A stretch of DNA of 64,000 nucleotides from Andalucia godoyi And28 (lineage: Eukaryota; Protista; Jakobida), in the NCBI GenBank assembly GCA_009859145.1, contig VRVR01000017.1, positions 321,107 through 385,106 on the forward strand, given 5' to 3'. The notes beneath the pieces are model-generated. The model did no database searches and had not been told where the DNA came from. It worked only from the letters and a program-made list of their open reading frames with translations. Position 1 is the stretch's first letter; every line of letters begins with the position of its first letter. Below are positions 20,653 to 31,450 of this stretch, one piece after another. The translations under genes and the position numbers were made by a program.

Positions 20653-21333
20653 CTACATCTTTTTAGATTTCGAAGGAGTCTTTTGGATCTGAAGCAGCAA
20701 GCTTGGGTTTTTGAGCTTGACGAGAGCGGACACATCCTGCAGCCTGGCTTGCATAAGCTGGAGTCTGCTCTTGACAGCATTGTATCGGAATGTGATGTGT
20801 GATCGCACCGTTTCTTCACTGGACCGATCAAAGTCCAAACTTAGCAACTCGACAAACTTGTACTCCATGTTTTGGATGAATTCAAGTTGTCCCGGGCCGT
20901 TTCTCTGCATTACGAACACTGCGAGATGCGTATGTGGTTCCCGGATGCAGTCATTCAGCATCTTGATCAGAATCGTCGCGAACTCGCAAAACTCAACCAT
21001 CAGTTTTTGCGAGTCTTGCAGCGCCGAGTATGTATTTTGTGTCAGCACAGCAACATAGTGGAAAAACAAGTCAGACTCCGACGACAGCTCAACCTTGACC
21101 GATGTTGGTTCTGCATCCTCTCCCGCCAGAAGAACCTTGATTTTGATCGCCTCTAGAGTCCCAACATCGGTCTTTCTAGAAGATGGCTTTGTGTCTGCGA
21201 CAGACACAGTCGTTCGGATCTCTACTGGGACCTCTCGATCGTACACAACATGAAATCCACCATCAAGCGACGGATCAAGCTCATCAATCGCCCCAAAGTC
21301 CACAGAATGCGTAGGTGAAGAAGGTTCCGTCAT
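20653..21333 (-). CDS. SAS-6-like (SAS6L) protein
   Basis: SAS-6 head-like segment (VVYDREVPVEIR; VELSSESDLFFHY; LQDSQKLMVEFCEFATILIKML) followed by only a short coiled coil. Confidence 0.75.
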   Translation of the reverse strand: MTEPSSPTHSVDFGAIDELDPSLDGGFHVVYDREVPVEIRTTVSVADTKPSSRKTDVGTLEAIKIKVLLAGEDAEPTSVKVELSSESDLFFHYVAVLTQNTYSALQDSQKLMVEFCEFATILIKMLNDCIREPHTHLAVFVMQRNGPGQLEFIQNMEYKFVELLSLDFDRSSEETVRSHITFRYNAVKSRLQLMQARLQDVSALVKLKNPSLLLQIQKTPSKSKKM

Positions 21334-21359
21334 TATGTTTTGCGATTTCTTCTTTTTCT

Positions 21360-21362
<3 letters not shown>

Positions 21363-21400
<38 letters not shown>
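21363..21400. repeat. (TC)n microsatellite
   Basis: Direct reading. Confidence 0.95.
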
Positions 21401-21403
<3 letters not shown>

Positions 21404-21544
21404 TCTTCAAGATAAGTCCAGAAAACAAAGAAAACAAACAGAGAAGACAAGGTTGTGGGGGAGTAAAAGTTGCCGTGTTGCGTGTTTTGCATGTATTTTC
21501 GAGGAAAGAAAAGAACGGTTGAACATCAAGCAACAGAATTTTCC

Positions 21545-22052
21545 TACCGTAGTCAAGTCTCGAATGTCTTCAGTCTCCACGTTTCTTTTCTTTCTATTAT
21601 TCTTTTCTGTTTTGTCTTTTATTATCGAACCCTCACGCAGCGTCTTTCATCCGAGACAAAGACAAAGCGTCTCATGGCTCCAAAGAGGGATCTTCCCAAC
21701 AAACTCAATCCGGGGCCATGCCCGAAGACACCGAGAACCAAGAAACCCGTTGATTCCCCTCTCGTCGCAACGTGCTGAGCAAGCTGATGATCATCAAATC
21801 ACGGAGATGTGGTCGATTGCGCGTTCGGAATGCGCTTTCAAGTCAGAGAGCAAGAGGGTGCAGCGATGTGCAACGCCGCCGGCTTCCTTCAACGTTCATT
21901 TATTGAATGTTGAATCGATTGGGGAATATGTTGGTTGCGATGACCCCTTGACCGCACTGAAGAGGTGGTGCTCGTCCCACTTAAAATAAAAGTAAAACAC
22001 ATGCGGCTTTGGATCCGTCTTGCGCGACAGCGTAGCCAATGATTAATAAGTA
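21545..22052 (-). mobile_element. Repeat family A copy 2 (inverted, near-identical to copy 1)
   Basis: Reverse complement aligns to about 9290-9775 with only scattered substitutions in the core. Homology stops after ...gactacggta. Confidence 0.85.
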
Positions 22053-22300
22053 TTCATGTCCGGTTTTCTCGATTGGGTACTGATTGTACGGCCGTTTGGC
22101 AGAATTCTTGGGGCTTCCTGACTCCCGCCATCTGGCGCCAACTACGAAATCCAGAAATCGCCCAATTCGACACTTCTTCTCCTTTCGAAGCTGTGATTTG
22201 TGTTCTGTTTTTTAATTTAATTTTTAATTTTTTCTTTTTCTCGTTTTTCTTTTTTCCTTTCGTTTTTCATGACTTTCGTGATTCATCGGCTTGCGAGAGA

Positions 22301-23503
22301 ATGACAGACGACACAGTCAATTTTGCAGAAAAGACCGACGAGTCTTTGAGTGCTGTTGCAAAGGTTGGAAATGCTGAAGCCTGTGGTCAACCGCGACCAG
22401 AGCAAGGGGCATCGGTTGTCAAGACTTTGGAAGTCACAGTGATGAATGAAAGCGGAGATGCCGTTGTTGATGTCGACGATGATCATGCCGACGATGATCA
22501 TGCCGACGATGATCATGCCAGTGATGCCAGTGATGCCAACAATGCCGGTGATCAGCACCAGAAAGAGGATTTGGAATTGGAAGAAGTGGATCCTTCAGAG
22601 CTGCTTTTGCAAGGAAAAGAACTGTTGAAGCTTGAAGAATATGACGATGCGATAGAATCGTTTTCGGATGCCTTATCGCTGAAGATTGATCAGCTGAATG
22701 GAAACGAGCTCCACGAAAGTCTATTTGAATACTACATGACTTATGCGCGAGCGCTGCATACTACGTTGCTTGCTCGATCCCAAGGGCAACTTGTAGCGAG
22801 CGCAGATCAGGCAGAACTGTGTGAAATCGCATGGGAAATTCTCGACATGTGCCGTGTTATGTGCGAAAAGCAGGACAACTCCAGGCTGTTCGAACTTTCC
22901 GAAGTCCATATTATGCTTGGCGACATCTGTGTTGAGGCGTCCGATTATGCAGCCGCGATTGCAGAGTATGATGCAGGTCTGAAGGCACGAAAGATGCTGT
23001 ATCCGCAAGAAAACGACCGGTCGCTCATCGAAGTGTACTTGCTGAAGGCGAGCACGCTCAAGAGTCTCAGCGACGATTTGGACCAGCCGCGGAAGTGTTA
23101 TCATGCTGCGCTCGCCGTTTGCAGGGCCGTTGGAGATAAGGAACTCGGAGACGAGATTGAGCATTTATTGAAGGATCTCGATGAGATTGAGATTGATGTC
23201 CAAAACTCGGTACCCGTTGCTCCAGAAGAGCTCAAAAAGGCCACGATTCTGCAGGAAGCCACGGATAACGTGTTTGGAACACGTTCCACTGAAATGGAAA
23301 ATGCGCAAGTGGTAACTCTTCAGCCTCGATCAAAGAAGAGAAACGCTCCGGAAGCCGCCCCAGCATCCTCTTCGTCGTTCTCTTCGTCGTCCTCTTCGTC
23401 GTTGTCTTCGGCACCATCTCTGCAAACATTTTCGTCACGAACAACCGAAGAAAATGATGAAAACGTCGAGGCGCAAGCAAAAAGACCTCGAGTGGAAGCA
23501 TGA
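22301..23503 (+). CDS. NASP/Sim3-like histone chaperone (SHNi-TPR)
   Basis: Acidic N-terminus, EIAWEILDMCRV, SEVHIMLGDICVEASDYAAAIAEY, C-terminal NLS AKRPRVE. Confidence 0.75.
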   Translation: MTDDTVNFAEKTDESLSAVAKVGNAEACGQPRPEQGASVVKTLEVTVMNESGDAVVDVDDDHADDDHADDDHASDASDANNAGDQHQKEDLELEEVDPSELLLQGKELLKLEEYDDAIESFSDALSLKIDQLNGNELHESLFEYYMTYARALHTTLLARSQGQLVASADQAELCEIAWEILDMCRVMCEKQDNSRLFELSEVHIMLGDICVEASDYAAAIAEYDAGLKARKMLYPQENDRSLIEVYLLKASTLKSLSDDLDQPRKCYHAALAVCRAVGDKELGDEIEHLLKDLDEIEIDVQNSVPVAPEELKKATILQEATDNVFGTRSTEMENAQVVTLQPRSKKRNAPEAAPASSSSFSSSSSSSLSSAPSLQTFSSRTTEENDENVEAQAKRPRVEA

Positions 23504-23592
23504 TGAAGTGTTCCCGCGAGATGACAGCAAACAGGACTGAATCGTAAATTTGGCTATCTTCCCTTCTTATCGTTGCGATATCCGCAACAAAT

Positions 23593-24537
23593 CTACCAGC
23601 AGCACCAAATGATAAAGAAGCAAATCATACAAAAAATTGAAAACTTGAGAAACGCATTCTGGTCTGCATCTGGCTTGAGGTTGCTCAGAGAGGATGACCG
23701 GGACGTACCAGTCAATTGATTATTGATGGCATTCCGCAGATTACCCAGACCCAGATTATGATTTGCCATACCAAGCTGATCACCAGCGCCCGCCCCGATA
23801 CCACCACCATCACCACCACCACTGCTGCTGCTGCTGCTGTTGTTGTTGTTGTTGTTGTTGCTGTTTTCATCGTCGTGGTGGTGTGGAGTTCCGGCATTTC
23901 CAAATCGCTGGGCAGAGGGTGCATTCCTCGAGCTCTCAGCAGCCGTTTGATCCTTTAAAGTCCCGGACGCACCAGATGCTGCGTCCGCAGCATTCAGCGA
24001 ACTCGATACAAGATGCAACCCCGAATGCGTGTGCAGCATGGAACTGTACAAATTCGCCGGTTTCGTCGCGAATTGCGGGAACATTTCACAAAACCGCACG
24101 TTTTGTGCATTGAAGCTCCAACTCTTGGCAGCAAACTCCCTTCTTTGGGCATCCGATGCAGTCATGGAGCCGACTGCGCTTGCGACTTCTTCCAACATAA
24201 ACGACTGAAGACCCTGCAGTATCGCTCCTGCAGTCCAGAAGGTGGACCACGCATGCGGATGAAAGTCACTCATTGTGGTGCATATGCGATCTCCGGGTCG
24301 AAATCGTCCGCTTGGAGTGAACATCACAATGGAAGGGCCCGAGAACGGATACGTCTCGGGAAACAATAGACGGCCGTGGTAGCACCCGCCTTCATATGGT
24401 GTCCCCTGCGCTCCAATCAGCACAAAATGCCACTCCAATATATTGGAGGCAGCCGGACGAGCATCAATCAAAGGAAGCGGATTTCGTTGCAATGCAATGT
24501 AATCTTTGCGAAGGCGTGTGAATGCGGTACTTGCCAT
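23593..24537 (-). CDS. Tail-anchored ubiquitin-conjugating enzyme UBC6/UBE2J
   Basis: NILEWHFVL, TPYEGGCYHGRLLFP, TPSGRF, RICTTMSDFHP (catalytic Cys), C-terminal TM helix. Confidence 0.93.
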   Translation of the reverse strand: MASTAFTRLRKDYIALQRNPLPLIDARPAASNILEWHFVLIGAQGTPYEGGCYHGRLLFPETYPFSGPSIVMFTPSGRFRPGDRICTTMSDFHPHAWSTFWTAGAILQGLQSFMLEEVASAVGSMTASDAQRREFAAKSWSFNAQNVRFCEMFPQFATKPANLYSSMLHTHSGLHLVSSSLNAADAASGASGTLKDQTAAESSRNAPSAQRFGNAGTPHHHDDENSNNNNNNNSSSSSSGGGDGGGIGAGAGDQLGMANHNLGLGNLRNAINNQLTGTSRSSSLSNLKPDADQNAFLKFSIFCMICFFIIWCCW

Positions 24538-25195
24538 TCCTTGGAGACTTTTTTTGCTTTGGTAATCTCAGTCCAATAAGGCAATAAGAGTAGCAGAAAA
24601 AGAAGGAATAGCTCAATGGCAGGTAAACAATAACGAAACATGAATCAGCAATCACCATCGTCAATTCCTCAACAAGCCAAACAGAATGACGATCCGGGAA
24701 AGAGGAAAACGAGAGAACGGGAAAGCATCAACTGATGCCAGACTCTGCAATGAAAAGGGGGCGGGAAACTGGCAGTTGAAAGGGCGGGAATTTTTCGTGT
24801 ATTATTTTTTTTGGATCGGGATAACTTGGTGTCACCAGCAAAAACAGAAAAAGCCCGCTCTCTTGTCTGGGTCGGCTGTTGCGAGGGGAAAGACCGATAC
24901 AAAAAACACAACACAACACAACACAACAACAACAACGCACAGACGCACGCACAGAAGAAAAGAGAAGAGCGGCAATGAAAAGAACGAGAGAACGAACGAA
25001 TGAAGAAAGTTTCAACATCGCAAATCCTTTTTTATTATTGTTGATCTCTTTTTTTTTTTAATCATTAAAAATTGAAAAAATTAAAAAGAAGTTGTGAGGA
25101 GAGAGCGGGGAAGAAAAAGGAAGCTTTGACCAAAGAAGGGGGGAGGCTTGTGGTGCAAAACAAAAATTTGGCTGACTGATGATGATCACAAGGAC

Positions 25196-26302
25196 ATGGT
25201 TCAACTTCAAACCAGCGAATTGCGCAACGCGTCCTTTCCGGGTGACGAGTGCTTGCGTCGGCTAGATGAGCCGCATGCTCGCATGGAGCTTCTGCGTCTG
25301 CTGGAACGAATGCCGAAAGCAGAGCTTCATATCCACATTGAGGGGTCGTTGGAGCCGGATCTGATCTTTGCGCTTGCCCAACGAAACCGTCTCAAACTCA
25401 AATACGCATCCGTGGAAGCGCTCAAGTCTGCGTACGAATTCAAGGATTTGCAGAGTTTTCTGGATCTTTACTATGACGGATGCAGTGTCCTTTGTGAAGA
25501 GGAGGACTTCTACGAAATGACCATGGCGTACTTCGCGCGAGCTGCAGCCAACAACGTCATCCATGCCGAGATCTTTTTTGATCCACAGGCACATATGCAA
25601 CGCGGGGTGCCTTTTAAGAAGGTCATCCGAGGGCTTATTCGTGCGAAGCGCGATGCGTGGCACAGATGGCACATTTCATCCCAGCTGATCCTGTGCTTTT
25701 TGAGACACCTGTCTGAGCAGGATGCGTTCGACACCCTCGAGCATGCGATCCCTTTTCGTGAGCACGTGACAACTGTTGGTCTCGACAGCAGTGAGCGTGG
25801 AAATCCGCCGGAGAAGTTCTCGCGAGTCTTTGAGAGGTGCCGGGAGCTTGGATTCCATGCTGTGGCGCACGCGGGAGAGGAAGGACCTTGTGAGTACATC
25901 ACGGCTGCACTGGACGTACTGCACGTGGATCGCGTGGACCATGGGGTTCGATGCGTGGAAGAGGAGTCTTTGATCAACCGCCTGGCGCGGACGAGAGTGC
26001 CGCTTACCGTGTGCCCTTTATCCAACGTGAAGCTTGCTGTGTATCCGAGTTTGCGCCAGCATTGCATGGAGAAACTCTTGAGAAAAGGGGTGTGTGCGAC
26101 GGTGAACTCGGACGACCCTGCATATTTTGGCGGCTATGTCAATGACAATTTTGTGAGGCTGTTTGAAGCAATTCCGACGCTCTCTGCCCGCGATGCATTC
26201 CAACTTGCCTTCAACTCCATCGACGCATCCTTCGTCGCCAGCGATCAAAAAGAAGTATGGTGGCGTGCCCTCAAAGATTGTTTTGAGGCGTGCGGTGTCT
26301 AA
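25196..26302 (+). CDS. Adenine/adenosine deaminase (AAH1-type)
   Basis: PKAELHIHIEGSLEP, FKDLQSFLDLYY, VAHAGEEGP, RVDHGVR, CPLSN, NSDDPAYFGG. Confidence 0.93.
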   Translation: MVQLQTSELRNASFPGDECLRRLDEPHARMELLRLLERMPKAELHIHIEGSLEPDLIFALAQRNRLKLKYASVEALKSAYEFKDLQSFLDLYYDGCSVLCEEEDFYEMTMAYFARAAANNVIHAEIFFDPQAHMQRGVPFKKVIRGLIRAKRDAWHRWHISSQLILCFLRHLSEQDAFDTLEHAIPFREHVTTVGLDSSERGNPPEKFSRVFERCRELGFHAVAHAGEEGPCEYITAALDVLHVDRVDHGVRCVEEESLINRLARTRVPLTVCPLSNVKLAVYPSLRQHCMEKLLRKGVCATVNSDDPAYFGGYVNDNFVRLFEAIPTLSARDAFQLAFNSIDASFVASDQKEVWWRALKDCFEACGV

Positions 26303-26744
26303 AGGCCCGCGTGTGGTTCCGCAACAACAGCAGACCAGTTTAAATTTTTTTCCCACCCGTTTTATTATTAATATCATTATTATTATTATTGTTATTGTGC
26401 TCACTGTAGATTGTCCGTTCCCCCACCAGATCCTGACACCGTCGGGGAATTCAAACATTCCTTTTTTGGACAAAAAAAAAAGCACCCGCCGCGGACGCAC
26501 AAGTCACAACTGACATACTCGACAGCCCGACGATGTCACAGTGACAAATAATTCGCCGGCTACAATGTCTGTTTTGGTTTGCTTGCCTTGAGCTGTTATT
26601 CTTTTGCCTTTTCTTTCCATTCCTCTCTCAGTTCTTTTCACTTTCTGCATCTTCAACAACAACAGCAACAAAGCGAGGAGGCGGGAAAAAAAAACATTTT
26701 ATTATTATTTATTGATCCAAAGAACATTTTCTTATTCTGAAACA

Positions 26745-27869
26745 ATGTCCCGAGTTGCAGCTCCTGCGATTTTGGTTCTGTTGGCGCTCGCAGCCCTTGC
26801 GTCTGCCGCGCCGGTTCTGTTCCACCAGTCCGAGTTTGGCTCGATCCAGCTGACGGAGGAGGTCGGGACGTTCCCGAACGCCCCTTGTGATGGTCCTTTG
26901 GTCCTGGTTTCTGCCGCAGAAGCACGCAGTGTCCCGCGCTACATTTCAGTGCAGTGCAATGCAGCGACGTCCGTCAATACCGCTCCGCACCACGTGAACC
27001 AGCTGACGCTGCGCTTCGTCAGTGGAGTCCAGGCGCATTCTTCAGGACTTGTGGCGCTTGTGACCCGAAAGGCGCGTCTGGAGGAGGTTACGTCGAGCTT
27101 GCACATGAACCAGGCTGCGTTCTGCGTCGGGTTTAATGCAGATGGATCGTGCCAGAATGCACAGGCTCCGATCCCCATCTATTCGTCGCAGCTGCTCCAG
27201 GCCTCGTGCTCGGACTGCTTTGTAGGATTCTCCGGCGAGTTTGTGCTTCACTTGGACGTTTTCCGCCGCGAATTCGAAATTGGATTCACGAATCTGACCT
27301 TGGACTGGGCAGCTGTTGTGACCGCAACTGCGCAGAAATCGTGGACCGTTGGCTTCAACAAGGACTACGAGGTGGCCAAGATTGAGATTTTGAACTCAAA
27401 GATCGGATTCATCCCCATCCATGTGTGGGTTGAAATCCCATTGAACCTGGAAGCATCGGTTACTCTCAGCGGACAAGCCGAAGCATCTATTGGACTTAAG
27501 GCCAACGGTAACCTTGGAAGCTTGCTGTCGATCTACAAGGATGGAAAGTGGACTCACGAGTCTCCCTCCGCGGATTTCTCGTACCAGGTTGTGAAGACCT
27601 TCTCGTATGACGGAACCGCCGATGCATCTGCTTCCATCGTTCCACAGCTGCAGCTGCATGTTGACGACATCTTTGACGGAAACCTGGTCTTCACACCACT
27701 GCTGACTGCGCACGCAGAGATCCACACTGGACTCAAGGGTTGCGTCTCTGCACAGGAGTCGATGAAGCTCGACTGGACCGGCGAGGTGAAGCTCTCGTTC
27801 ATCCGCGTGGATAAGACTTGGGACAAGAACCTGTGGAGCCAGCAGCATACCATTGTTAACACTTGCTAA
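26745..27869 (+). CDS. Secreted beta-strand-rich protein of unknown family
   Basis: Signal peptide (AILVLLALAALASA), several Cys, alternating hydrophobic beta pattern. Confidence 0.75.
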   Translation: MSRVAAPAILVLLALAALASAAPVLFHQSEFGSIQLTEEVGTFPNAPCDGPLVLVSAAEARSVPRYISVQCNAATSVNTAPHHVNQLTLRFVSGVQAHSSGLVALVTRKARLEEVTSSLHMNQAAFCVGFNADGSCQNAQAPIPIYSSQLLQASCSDCFVGFSGEFVLHLDVFRREFEIGFTNLTLDWAAVVTATAQKSWTVGFNKDYEVAKIEILNSKIGFIPIHVWVEIPLNLEASVTLSGQAEASIGLKANGNLGSLLSIYKDGKWTHESPSADFSYQVVKTFSYDGTADASASIVPQLQLHVDDIFDGNLVFTPLLTAHAEIHTGLKGCVSAQESMKLDWTGEVKLSFIRVDKTWDKNLWSQQHTIVNTC

Positions 27870-28060
27870 GTGCTTGTCTCTCGGAGTAACAGTGGTTTTT
27901 TTTGTATCCCGAATCCTCTCTGGCTATAGGTGTTTTGTTTTGTTTTGTTTTGTTTATCATTATCATTGGTTGGTGATTTTCGTTCTCGATAAAAGGCTAT
28001 TTAAAAAAAAGCCGCACTTGTTTTGCAACAACTTGGATTGTGCTTACCACTTTCTGATCC

Positions 28061-28411
28061 TCAAATCTCATGCCCGAGCACTTCCTTCTCTGAGCGGTGG
28101 TATTCTGCTTCGCGCATGTCATGAGATCCAGTGTCGTTCACAATCGTGCCTGCGATTGCGTTTGTGTTGGCAGGGCCTCGCAGATTGTGACCGTGGCTCT
28201 TTGCTTCCACGTATTCTTCCTCGGTCGCGAATCCATGACGCTTTGCCTGCTTCTTCAAACTGCCGTGCTCCGCAACCGCTTCCTGAGGGCCATAGTTGTT
28301 GCCTTGGTACCCTCTCTGGGCCGCATCTGACGTCCGTGCTGTGTCCAACGGAACGTCAATATTTTCATTAAACTTGCGCTCTGCGTGCAGCTCACTGTTG
28401 GTCTTGCTCAT
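28061..28411 (-). CDS. Small hydrophilic (hydrophilin/LEA-like) protein
   Basis: 116 aa, rich in G/H/E/N, with no hydrophobic core. Confidence 0.6.
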   Translation of the reverse strand: MSKTNSELHAERKFNENIDVPLDTARTSDAAQRGYQGNNYGPQEAVAEHGSLKKQAKRHGFATEEEYVEAKSHGHNLRGPANTNAIAGTIVNDTGSHDMREAEYHRSEKEVLGHEI

Positions 28412-28931
28412 GTCTTCTTGTTCGCTGCTAGTCTTGCTTTTGCTGCGCAGAACATGAAATGAAACCTGCGAAACTGGCAGCGCAGCACCTTTTGAACTGT
28501 CCGCACTTGGAGATGCTCGGAACTGCGCACTTCACTTGAACACACTTTGTATTTGAATGAAAAACCAGCTGCTTCAAATTATCCGGGAGATGAAAGTTCA
28601 ACTCTGGGGCACCTTTTGTTTCTCTGCTTTCCTCGGTTAACCGTCGCGTCCAGAAAACGTCGCGCACCATCGCCCCAGTCGTTTGTTGCGCAGCAAGCAC
28701 CCACAATTCCACTGCCTACAATCAAACGCACGGCACCTCCTCTCTCCCCTCTCCTGTCTTGGTGCACGTGTTTTGTTTAATTATAACCCTTCAACCCAAA
28801 CGTCTGGTGGAACGGCTGTGGATATCATTGGATAGAATGGCTGAAGGTGTGCAGGTCGAAGCCCACTGAGAGACACTGTCGAATATTGAGAGTCGCATTC
28901 CTGTAATCGATGATTCCTCCACCGCGGAGGG

Positions 28932-28969
<38 letters not shown>

Positions 28970-28975
28970 TGTGTG
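28932..28975. repeat. Compound (CT)n(GT)n microsatellite
   Basis: Direct reading. Confidence 0.95.
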
Positions 28976-29772
28976 GGCGCACTCCATTGCCAATCAACAG
29001 AATCAATACAATATCCGCTCGATTGAAACAGAGAAGTAAAGATCGAGAGAGAGAGAGAAAGTGGATACAAAATGCGGAATGGCAATAAAAGAAGCCTGTT
29101 GAAATCCCTAAATTTCTCCTGGTTTCCAAGGTCCAAATGGTTTCTAACGAATGCACTCATTGATCGATTCGAGAGCTCTGACGAAGAATAGGCTGCTTCT
29201 GTTTTGGGGTGCGCAGACCCACAGATGTCCCACCCAAAAGGGGAACTCATTGGATGGGCGCTGATGCTCATTTATCAAGTCATTTTACGCCAAAAAAAAT
29301 AAAATCTGTCTGAGGCGCAGCATGCGAGACAAATGTTTGGAGACGTTTGGGTGGGAGGGGTATTACTTGAATGGCGATATTTCCCTCCCCCTTTCTTTCG
29401 GGGTTCGGAATTGCGTATAAGACTATCGGTTTGCTTCTCCACCGAGCACGATTTGGTGGAGGACAATCGGGATTGCATACAAATTAGACAAAGAAAACAA
29501 CAACAACAACAACGGGAAGAACTACAAGAACAGGAAGACATAAATAAAAACAAGACGAACGGAAAATTTGCAAAAAAAATAAAATAATAATAATAATAAA
29601 AATAACAGCGAATACGTATCCATTCGACGGTTTGTGGACGTCAGGAGGGATATGTATTCACTGCAATCGCGCAAACTGGCTTAGAGACATTGAAGGACGA
29701 TGAAACAGACAGACAGACAGACACATTAAATTAAAAAAAAAAAAGAAGAAAAGACAGTGGAAGAACGGTTGG

Positions 29773-30918
29773 TCAGAAGGACGAGTTACCAACGCCATAA
29801 AGCGACGCCAGTGAGTCATACGACTTGGTGGTTTTGAAGATTTCCCACGCCCTTGTTTCCATTGCGCTGTGGTCTTTGGGACCAGAACCGAGAACAGATG
29901 ACATTTCTGTAACTGCGTCGCTAGAGTCTGATGAATTCAAAGACTCGACAGATCCCCATCGATTATGGATGCCCATGCCCATGCCGATGCCGATGGCGGC
30001 TCCGTATCCCACGTCTGCGCCTGTGCCTGCACCCACCCCCGCCATTCCAGCTGATGCTGTCTTGTGCACAAAGTGGATGGTAGCAGCTCTCATATGGCGG
30101 TTGATGACTGGAGGCTCCACGGCTGGCTTCCCGCTTTTTTGAAGCCCGATTGCGCCCTCCACCATCTCAATTGCAGCACGGCAGGCCGCTTCCCACTGCG
30201 GTTCTGTGGCCCTCAGCACCTCGCACAGGGTATCCACTCGATCGACGCCGTCGTCAACCACCGCTTCGGGGCTCTCACAGTTCGATACGCTGGCTGGAAA
30301 TCCGTCAGCAACTGCATCGCGGCCGCCACGGTTCATTTGCAGACACTTTTGCGGATCTGCAGCCACGAGCTTGCGCATCGCCAGTGCTCCATCCAGCATG
30401 GTCAGCATAGATCGCGCTTGCAATTGGGCTCTCAGCAGATTGATGCAATGTCGCAGCGACGTCACAACCACTGGTTTTTTTGCACTTGCGCTTGGATTTC
30501 TGATGTTATTATTACTACTTGCGTCGCCGTCTTCCGACTCTTCGCCGGAAAAGAACTCAATTACAGCATTGGCGGACCGCAAGGCATCGTCTATTTTCCG
30601 TGATAGGGAGAGCAGGTAAAACGCAGACTCTGAATCGGGCTGATGCATATGCGGCGCCAAAACATCTTCGTCATCATTGTCCAATCGCAAACGATTCACA
30701 GACTGGGCACACCGATGCGGCACTGCAGACCCCATCGGGGGCGCAGACGGTGAAGAGAACAGCGACGCTTCATTGTGAGTCGACAATGAAGCAACGGGCG
30801 ACAGCATGAAATGTGGATGAAGAATAGGGGCAAGGTAGTCCGAGATCAGAGAAAGCACTTCTCGTTCACTCTCAAGCTTCTGTGACTGTGTCGATATGAT
30901 CCGCAGCGATGCGTCCAT
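29773..30918 (-). CDS. Hypothetical helical protein
   Basis: 381-codon ORF with a low-complexity tail. No family recognised. Confidence 0.7.
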   Translation of the reverse strand: MDASLRIISTQSQKLESEREVLSLISDYLAPILHPHFMLSPVASLSTHNEASLFSSPSAPPMGSAVPHRCAQSVNRLRLDNDDEDVLAPHMHQPDSESAFYLLSLSRKIDDALRSANAVIEFFSGEESEDGDASSNNNIRNPSASAKKPVVVTSLRHCINLLRAQLQARSMLTMLDGALAMRKLVAADPQKCLQMNRGGRDAVADGFPASVSNCESPEAVVDDGVDRVDTLCEVLRATEPQWEAACRAAIEMVEGAIGLQKSGKPAVEPPVINRHMRAATIHFVHKTASAGMAGVGAGTGADVGYGAAIGIGMGMGIHNRWGSVESLNSSDSSDAVTEMSSVLGSGPKDHSAMETRAWEIFKTTKSYDSLASLYGVGNSSF

Positions 30919-31129
30919 GATGATGATGATGACAGCCCGTTGGAAAATGTGAAAGAGTGGAAAAGCAAAATGTATGAACAGCAATAATCCCTCCACAAAA
31001 AAAGAATAAAAATAATAATAAAATTAAACAACAAAAAATACCAAGCAAACTGATTAATAAAAAAAGAAGATCAACAACAGCAGCGTCAATAACAGACTCG
31101 TGATCTTCTGTATGCAGACAGCGGGTAAG

Positions 31130-31450
31130 TTCCGTATTGCTCAAGACTGGCTAGCTTGCGATGGACCCGTGGACAATGGAACGTTCAATGCAGATGTCGC
31201 ATTCAACAGCGTCAAATAGCGACAATGGCAATCAACAAAGCAAAGGACGTGAAGGGACACGGAAAAGAACAGCAGCAGAGGGTTTCAAGTGCGAAATGGA
31301 ATGAGATTCGGGGAGGTGGAAACCCGGACAAATAGCGACAATATCAATCTATTTGGAGAGGTCAGGAATCAGGAGAAAGGTGGAAGGCAGAGATTGAAGA
31401 GGAATTGGCGAAAAGAGGATTCTACTCCCAGTCGAAGTCAATCTTTTGAG
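31130..31450 (+). mobile_element. Possible decayed Fanzor N-terminal fragment
   Basis: Frameshifted reading gives LLKxWLAC-RWT..FN, QIATMAINKAK, GFKCEM, YQSI. A 14-nt direct repeat (caaatagcgacaat) is also present. Confidence 0.3.

Noticed and set aside
21549-21640. Intron-like GT...pyrimidine tract...CAG inside family A (copy-2 orientation)
   Set aside because: The donor GTAGTC differs from the GTATGY seen in real introns here, and splicing yields no recognisable protein.
21315-21989. 224-aa ORF (and its 178-aa twin at 9306-9842)
   Set aside because: It is antisense to the Fanzor-like remnant, starts in a microsatellite, and the frame is not kept in copy 3.
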